From contig CAYZBF010000002.1 in NCBI GenBank assembly GCA_964476585.1, positions 66,354-130,353 on the forward strand: a DNA stretch of 64,000 nt. Direction: 5' to 3'. This DNA comes from an uncultured bacterium. Its GTDB lineage: Bacteria > Hydrothermota > UBA3072. How positions within the stretch are numbered: position 1 is the stretch's first letter; each line of letters opens with the position of its first letter. The notes under the pieces were generated by a model. It did not search any database. It saw only the letters and a list, made by a program, of their open reading frames with translations, and was not told the DNA's origin. The translations under genes and the position numbers were made by a program. This document shows, piece after piece, positions 59,245 to 64,000 of this stretch.

Positions 59245-59280
59245 GAAGAAGGGGGGAATTATCCCCCCTTCTTTTTTATA
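59245..59280 (+). terminator. intrinsic terminator (AAGAAGGGGGG-aattat-CCCCCCTTCTT + TTTTTAT)
   Basis: 11-bp GC-rich stem and T-tract, immediately after the dipeptidase stop. Confidence 0.8.
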
Positions 59281-59389
59281 TCAGAAAACTACATTTTACA
59301 CAAAATTTTAACCTCTTAGATGTATACAATTAGTCATTTCTGACTTTAGTTCTTGACAGATTAAGATTTTTTTTTATAATTATATTAAT

Positions 59390-59462
59390 GGTGAGATAGC
59401 TCAGTAGGTAGAGCACGGGACTGAAAATCCCGGTGTCGGCGGTTCGATTCCGTCTCTCACCA
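59390..59462 (+). tRNA. tRNA-Phe (anticodon GAA)
   Basis: Cloverleaf folded by hand: acceptor GGTGAGA/TCTCACC, D-arm GCTC/GAGC, anticodon loop CTGAAAA, T-arm GGCGG-TTCGATT-CCGTC. CCA is not encoded. Confidence 0.9.
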
Positions 59463-59481
59463 TTTCTTTTTGGAGGTCATA

Positions 59482-59787
59482 ATGAAATGGTTCATCTTTT
59501 TCGTTTGTCTTTTATTTCTTTCCGGGTGTAAAGAAGGCAAAGAAGCCGTCAAGGAAACAGATAAAATTGTGAAAGACTATTCAAAAGGGTTGATAGAAGC
59601 ACCAAAAAAGACAAAAATTTTAACAGAGATTGCAACCATCAGGCAGGCATTAGAGATATACAGAATTGAAAATGGTGAATATCCAGAGAGTCTAAGTGTT
59701 CTCCCTATTAAGATCAAAGAGATTGATAAATATCAATATGACAGTGAATCTGGTAAAGTAAAAAGCAAACATTATCCAAATCTATAA
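59482..59787 (+). CDS. small lipoprotein with pseudopilin (GspG)-like C-terminal motif
   Basis: LFLSGC lipobox. ...ALEIYRIENGEYPESLSVL resembles the GspG/ComGC YxxDNGxYP block, but there is no prepilin leader. Confidence 0.45.
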   Translation: MKWFIFFVCLLFLSGCKEGKEAVKETDKIVKDYSKGLIEAPKKTKILTEIATIRQALEIYRIENGEYPESLSVLPIKIKEIDKYQYDSESGKVKSKHYPNL

Positions 59788-59797
59788 GGGAAAAATT

Positions 59798-60098
59798 ACA
59801 CAGAGACACCCCGATACGGTCGGTTCCTCCCTACGGGGCAAGCAGAGGACACAGAGACAGAGAATACAGAGAAATATAAATGTTTAAAATTAAAAAATTC
59901 TATAAGAAGAACTTTGTGAACTCTGTGTCTTTGCGAGAGATCAAAATGATAGTAGGGTTTTTACATTTTTCATTTTACATTTTTAAATTTGCATTTTACA
60001 ATGAAGCTTAGATACTTTCTTTGTGACCTTTGCTTGCCCCGTGTAATAGAAACTATTTGGGGAATACTTATTATTACACAGGGGGTGTCTTTGTGGTG
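59798..60098. repeat. dispersed element copy (~300 bp) with termini ACACAGAGACACCCC ... GGGGTGTCTTTGTGG and a 27-bp core shared with 23293-23319
   Basis: CCCCGATACGGTCGGTTCCTCCCTACGGGG (59809-59838) is the reverse complement of the 27-mer CCCCGTAGGGAGGAACCGACCGTATCG at 23293. Termini match those at 44708/44926 with the same single mismatch. Confidence 0.65.
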
Positions 60099-60119
60099 AA
60101 AATATATTAAGGAGGGGAA

Positions 60120-61187
60120 ATGGTAAAAAGAGTTCTTGTTATAAATCCAGGTGCAACTTCTACAAAAATTGCTTTATTTGAATCAAATAAGGAAATAAAA
60201 AATAAAAAGATAGAATATTCGGCCGATGAACTAAAAGGATTTTCTAAATCCACTGACCAGATTGAGTTCCGATGGAAGGATATTAAAAAGACAATTCTGG
60301 AATGGGAGATAGATAAAGTTGATGGAGTCGTAGGAAGGGGAGGATTATTCCATCCACTTGAAAGCGGTATATACAGAGTTAATGATAAAATGGTTAGGGA
60401 CATAACAGATGGCAATATGGTAGCAGAGCATATCTCAAATATTGGAGCGATACTTGCGCGGAAAGCCGCAGAAGAGCTCTCCAGTGATGCATTTATAGTT
60501 GATCCGGTATCAGTGGATGAATTTGATGATGTTGCACGAATCTCTGGAATGCCTGAGATAGAAAGAAAAGCCCTTCAACATACTCTAAATATTAAACAGG
60601 TGGTGAGGAAGGCCTGCAAGGAATTGGAGATAGAAGAAAGCGAGGCAAACTTTGTAGTGGCACACTTAGGCAGCGGAATCTCTATATGTCCCATAAAGAA
60701 CGGACGTATTATTGATGCAAATAATGCTATCGAAGAAGGGCCATTTTCACCAGAAAGAAGCGGTGGACTCCCTGCAACTTCGTTCTTCAAATTATGCTTT
60801 TCAGGAAAATATGAGAAAGATTGGATAAAAAAAAGATTGAAAGGTAATGGTGGCTTAGTTGCATATCTTGGGACCAATGATCTCAGAAAAGTAGAAGAAA
60901 TGATCCATAACAATGATAAGAAAGCAGACCTTATATATAGAGCTATGGTGTATCAGACTGCAAAGGAGATAGGTGCAATGTCTGCTGCCCTGGGCATGAA
61001 ACCGAAAAGTATTATACTTACAGGGGGATTAGCCTATCAGAAACGTTTTGTAGAAGAGCTTTGCGAACGAATCGCATTCTTTACAGAAAAAATTCTCATT
61101 TATCCTGGAGAAGATGAACTCACCTCCATGGCTGATGCAGCATTCAGAGTTTTTAGTGGGAAAGAAAAAGTAAAGGAATACGAATAA
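60120..61187 (+). CDS. buk: butyrate kinase
   Basis: Acetate/butyrate kinase family with Buk-type N-terminus (VLVINPGATSTKIALF). Confidence 0.85.
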   Translation: MVKRVLVINPGATSTKIALFESNKEIKNKKIEYSADELKGFSKSTDQIEFRWKDIKKTILEWEIDKVDGVVGRGGLFHPLESGIYRVNDKMVRDITDGNMVAEHISNIGAILARKAAEELSSDAFIVDPVSVDEFDDVARISGMPEIERKALQHTLNIKQVVRKACKELEIEESEANFVVAHLGSGISICPIKNGRIIDANNAIEEGPFSPERSGGLPATSFFKLCFSGKYEKDWIKKRLKGNGGLVAYLGTNDLRKVEEMIHNNDKKADLIYRAMVYQTAKEIGAMSAALGMKPKSIILTGGLAYQKRFVEELCERIAFFTEKILIYPGEDELTSMADAAFRVFSGKEKVKEYE

Positions 61188-61260
61188 ATTAAGAGTTCAA
61201 GTTAAATTATTAAATTATCAACCGCAGATAGACGTAGATTAGTCGCTTCGCTCAAATGAA

Positions 61261-61366
61261 GACTTTGGACTTCGGACATCGGACTTTTTTATACAAACTC
61301 AATAAACCCAGAACTCCGAACCCAGAACTCAGTACTCCGAACTCAGATCCCAGCACTTACTCCTTA
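61261..61366. repeat. 7-bp tandem repeat arrays (GACTTTG GACTTCG GACATCG GACTTTT; then GAACTCC GAACCCA GAACTCA GTACTCC GAACTCA GATCCCA ...)
   Basis: Seen directly. Confidence 0.7.
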
Positions 61367-61394
61367 ATCCCTGCTATTCTTTATGTTTTCTCTT

Positions 61395-62540
61395 CTAATC
61401 CTTCTTCACGAAGTGCTCTGCCATTTCCAATCTCTCTCCCACTGGTGGATGGTTGTAATATAAGAGCTTTATCCAAAGGCTTGGATATGCATTAGATAGA
61501 TTGCGATTGGCAAGCCCTGCCATCGCTCCCTGGAAAGCTTTAGGGTCATGCAATAGTCTTAGGGCTTCTATATCCGCTTCTCTTTCGTATCGCCTTCCAA
61601 TCCAGTTTTGTATTATATTTAAAACGACTAAGTCAATTAATCCAAGGTAGAATAACAACATAGGGAGCAACGTCAGGTTTTCTCTGAATCCTGTAAGGAA
61701 TCCAGGGAATAAAACGGATATTATTTTATGTAGTAGAAAAAAGGCAACTATCTGAAGTAGGGTTCCTGTAGTAATATACTTCACCATATGCCTCTTCCTG
61801 TAGTGTCCTATCTCGTGAGCAAGAACCGCTTTTATCTCATCCCTTTCCATCTGCTTGATTATGTTGTCAGTAAGTATTACCCTTTTTGTAGTACCCATAC
61901 CAGCGAGCATTGCATTCTCTTTTGTGGTCTTTCTGCTCGTATCCTCTTTATAGAATCCTTCAATATTAATACCTGCTTTCTCTAAAACATCTGATAGACT
62001 ACTTTTTAGTTCTTCATTTTCGATTCTGTCGTAATGATGGAAGATTGGCATGATAAGCACAGGATATATAGTTGAAAGTATTACTGAAAAAAGGGCAATA
62101 AAACCACCTGCAATCAACCACCACAAGTTTGGAAACCTTTGAAAGAGTATTAATAAAACACCAAATACTATAATCCCAAAGATTAAGGATATCAGGAATC
62201 CTTTTATATGATCGTGGAACCACTGCCTTCTGGACTGTTTAGAAAAACCATATTTATGTTCATGGGAAAATCCGGAGAGATAAGAAATAGGTAGATTGAC
62301 GATATCCTGCAAGAGAGAATAGATAATCATAAAGATAATGAATACCCATATAAAAGAAGATAATATATTCCAGTTTGCGATAATAGATGATAAGCCGCTG
62401 AAATAAAAGCATAACTGAACTATTGCAGTCAACAGTAGCCCCCAGAAACCAAGAATTCTTTTTTCCCGCTCATAGATTTTTGCTTTCCCCTGCCTATCTT
62501 TATCTAATAGTGGATGTATTTTTTCTATTACCTTCTCCAT
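61395..62540 (-). CDS. M48 family zinc metallopeptidase (HtpX/Ste24-like)
   Basis: HEIGH motif and multiple N-terminal TM helices. Confidence 0.8.
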   Translation of the reverse strand: MEKVIEKIHPLLDKDRQGKAKIYEREKRILGFWGLLLTAIVQLCFYFSGLSSIIANWNILSSFIWVFIIFMIIYSLLQDIVNLPISYLSGFSHEHKYGFSKQSRRQWFHDHIKGFLISLIFGIIVFGVLLILFQRFPNLWWLIAGGFIALFSVILSTIYPVLIMPIFHHYDRIENEELKSSLSDVLEKAGINIEGFYKEDTSRKTTKENAMLAGMGTTKRVILTDNIIKQMERDEIKAVLAHEIGHYRKRHMVKYITTGTLLQIVAFFLLHKIISVLFPGFLTGFRENLTLLPMLLFYLGLIDLVVLNIIQNWIGRRYEREADIEALRLLHDPKAFQGAMAGLANRNLSNAYPSLWIKLLYYNHPPVGERLEMAEHFVKKD

Positions 62541-62641
62541 ACAGTATAAAATAACAATATTTGTAAAATTTCAAGGCCTCAAGCGTTTTAATATATTTTC
62601 TTATATTCTTAATTCTAAATGATCAGCTAAAAATTAACTCG

Positions 62642-62750
62642 GTACTCCGAACTCAGAACCCAAAACTAATCCTAAACTCCAAATCCGGACTCCTAATCAC
62701 TTACCCCTTAATCCTTGCTATTACTTATTTCTTCTCTCATAATCCTAACT
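62642..62750. repeat. imperfect direct repeat of 61338-61405 (GTACTCCGAACTCAGA...CTTAATCCYTGCTATT...TCTTCTNATAATCCT), also with 7-bp phasing
   Basis: A 16-mer is identical; downstream blocks are similar, with a ~27-bp insertion. Confidence 0.6.
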
Positions 62751-62772
62751 TCCGTCTCCGGTCCTATATCCG

Positions 62773-62800
62773 TTGACAAATCAGTGCTTTTGAATATTAT
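62773..62800 (+). promoter_or_regulatory. sigma70-type promoter TTGACA-N16-TATTAT for osmC
   Basis: Seen directly. Confidence 0.45.
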
Positions 62801-62806
62801 AAAAAC

Positions 62807-63235
62807 ATGAAAGTTGAAGTAAGACAGGTTGATGGTTTAACACTTTTAGCTAAAGGTAAATCCGGACACTGGATGATCCTTGATGGTTCAAAAGAATTCG
62901 GGGGAAGTGAGGCAGCCGCAAAGCCCATGGAACTTTTTCTTATTTCCCTTGCAGGATGCACTGGTATGGATGTAATCTCTCTCCTCAATAAAATGAGAGT
63001 TGAATTCCAAGATCTAAGGGTAAATGTCGAAGCAGAGAGAAAGGATGAACACCCAAGGGTTTTCACGTCTATAAAACTGGAATACATTGTCTATGGGGAT
63101 AATATAGACGAGGAGAAATTAAAAAAAGCGATTAATAAATCGCAGGAGAAATATTGTGCAGCTTCTGCTATGTTAAAAAAGTGTGTTCCTATCACCCATA
63201 CATATAAGGTGATACAAAGAATTAATAGCCACTAA
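62807..63235 (+). CDS. OsmC/Ohr family protein
   Basis: OsmC fold with the conserved Cys pair region (LAGCTGMD ... CAASAM). Confidence 0.8.
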   Translation: MKVEVRQVDGLTLLAKGKSGHWMILDGSKEFGGSEAAAKPMELFLISLAGCTGMDVISLLNKMRVEFQDLRVNVEAERKDEHPRVFTSIKLEYIVYGDNIDEEKLKKAINKSQEKYCAASAMLKKCVPITHTYKVIQRINSH

Positions 63236-63257
63236 GGCAGAGAGAACACAAAGAAAA

Positions 63258-64000
63258 ATGGACGAAGATAGATTTACAGAGAGAACAAAAGAAACTCTAA
63301 GTATTGCACAATCCTCTCTATCTAAGTTTAATCACACGGAACTTACGCCACTTCATCTTTTATATGGACTCTTGGGCAACCCAGAAGGTGTAGTTCCAAA
63401 TATCTTAAAGGATATGGGGATAAATCCAGATCAGGTGAAGAACAAAGTTATTGATGAACTTGACAAATTACCTAAAGCTTATGGGGGAACTCTTCAAGCC
63501 TACATATCTTCTGGAGCAAAAAGTATTCTAGATAATGCCTGGGAAGAAGCAAGAAGACTGAAAGATAAATACATAGGCACAGAACATATTCTTCTCGCTC
63601 TAACCGAGGATAGAGGAAAAGCAGGGGAAATCCTCTCTGCATTCGGTATCTCTGAAGAAAATATATATAACTCTCTTAAGAATGTGCGCGGAGAGAAAAG
63701 GATAGAAGAACCTGATGCTGAGAGTAAGTATAAAATCCTTGAAAAATACACTAGGGATCTTACAGAGTCAATAGGGGATCCTGTAATAAACAGAGAGAAA
63801 GAAATAAAGAGGGTAATGCAGATACTCATAAGAAAGACAAAGAACAACCCTGTTCTTGTTGGGGAAGCAGGTGTAGGGAAAACTGCGATTGTTGAAGGAC
63901 TCGCCCAGAGAATAGTGGGGGGTAAGGTTCCAGACTTATTGAAGGATAAAAGGATTCTGGCCCTTGATATCGGAGGACTCATTGCAGGAACCAAATTTAG
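63258..64000 (+). CDS. clpB: ClpB-type AAA+ chaperone, N-terminal part (continues beyond window)
   Basis: Clp N-domain repeats and the first Walker A ([17 protein letters not shown]). Not in the ORF track because there is no stop in the window. Confidence 0.85.
   Translation, partial: MDEDRFTERTKETLSIAQSSLSKFNHTELTPLHLLYGLLGNPEGVVPNILKDMGINPDQVKNKVIDELDKLPKAYGGTLQAYISSGAKSILDNAWEEARRLKDKYIGTEHILLALTEDRGKAGEILSAFGISEENIYNSLKNVRGEKRIEEPDAESKYKILEKYTRDLTESIGDPVINREKEIKRVMQILIRKTKNNPVLVGEAGVGKTAIVEGLAQRIVGGKVPDLLKDKRILALDIGGLIAGTKF

Noticed and set aside
59798-60098. Insertion sequence / transposon
   Set aside because: Terminal inverted repeats are present but there is no transposase ORF inside or nearby. 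Better described as a non-autonomous MITE/REP-like repeat.
24851-62750. CRISPR array interpretation of the short tandem repeats
   Set aside because: Units are only 7 bp, degenerate, contiguous without unique spacers, and no cas genes are present.
63500-63994. 164-aa minus-strand ORF
   Set aside because: Antisense to the clpB N-terminal coding region, which carries unmistakable Clp N-domain and Walker A motifs.

Overview
This 64-kb window looks like a chromosomal region of a low-GC (roughly 38-40% by eye), diderm-type anaerobic bacterium. Markers seen: BamD-like lipoprotein, C-terminal-Phe outer-membrane barrels, butyrate kinase, corrinoid methyltransferases, citrate-lyase-type enzymes.

Bases 1-17.2 kb (minus strand) hold a complete co-directional dcw cluster, mraZ-rsmH-ftsL-ftsI-murE-murF-mraY-murD-ftsW-murG-murC-murB-ftsQ-ftsA-ftsZ. 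It is followed by a 67-aa ORF and the 5' part of ligA.

A 758-bp AT-rich divergent region separates the dcw cluster from a GC-richer RRM RNA-binding protein gene. A ~190-nt GC-rich element with a closing helix follows it; it is an unclassified structured-RNA candidate.

Next is a four-gene minus-strand operon that I read as a split methionine-synthase-like system. A non-Pyl MttB-family methyltransferase takes the place of the methyl-THF module. It comes with a MetH activation-domain protein, a B12-binding corrinoid protein and a zinc-site homocysteine-binding module. A divergent TetR gene with a perfect 12-bp inverted-repeat operator lies upstream.

After that come ruvX-mltG, two ECF-type ATPases plus an EnvC-like M23 peptidase, and divIVA-punA-TPR-bamD-like-nadD. 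tmRNA (ssrA) follows. Then a P5C-dehydrogenase-like ALDH sits with a fused citD-citE gene and citF; the acyl-carrier Ser motif is apparently absent.

Further right: pgeF, an 862-aa secreted alpha/beta hydrolase plus an OM barrel, nadC, uvrB, yggS, a radical SAM gene, hprK-hpf-nadB-murA-polX, a TPR/OMP/MBL/AKR block, a GntP permease plus C69 dipeptidase, tRNA-Phe, buk, an M48 peptidase, osmC and the clpB 5' end.

Two repeat systems are not explained by the genes. The first is a family of degenerate 7-bp tandem repeats (GACTNNN, ATCGAGN, AATCCTN-type units) in at least 7 intergenic regions. The second is a dispersed element family with CACAGAGACAC/GTGTCTTTGTGG termini and a shared 27-bp core at at least 4-6 loci.

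No CRISPR array, transposase, prophage or recognisable defence island was seen.
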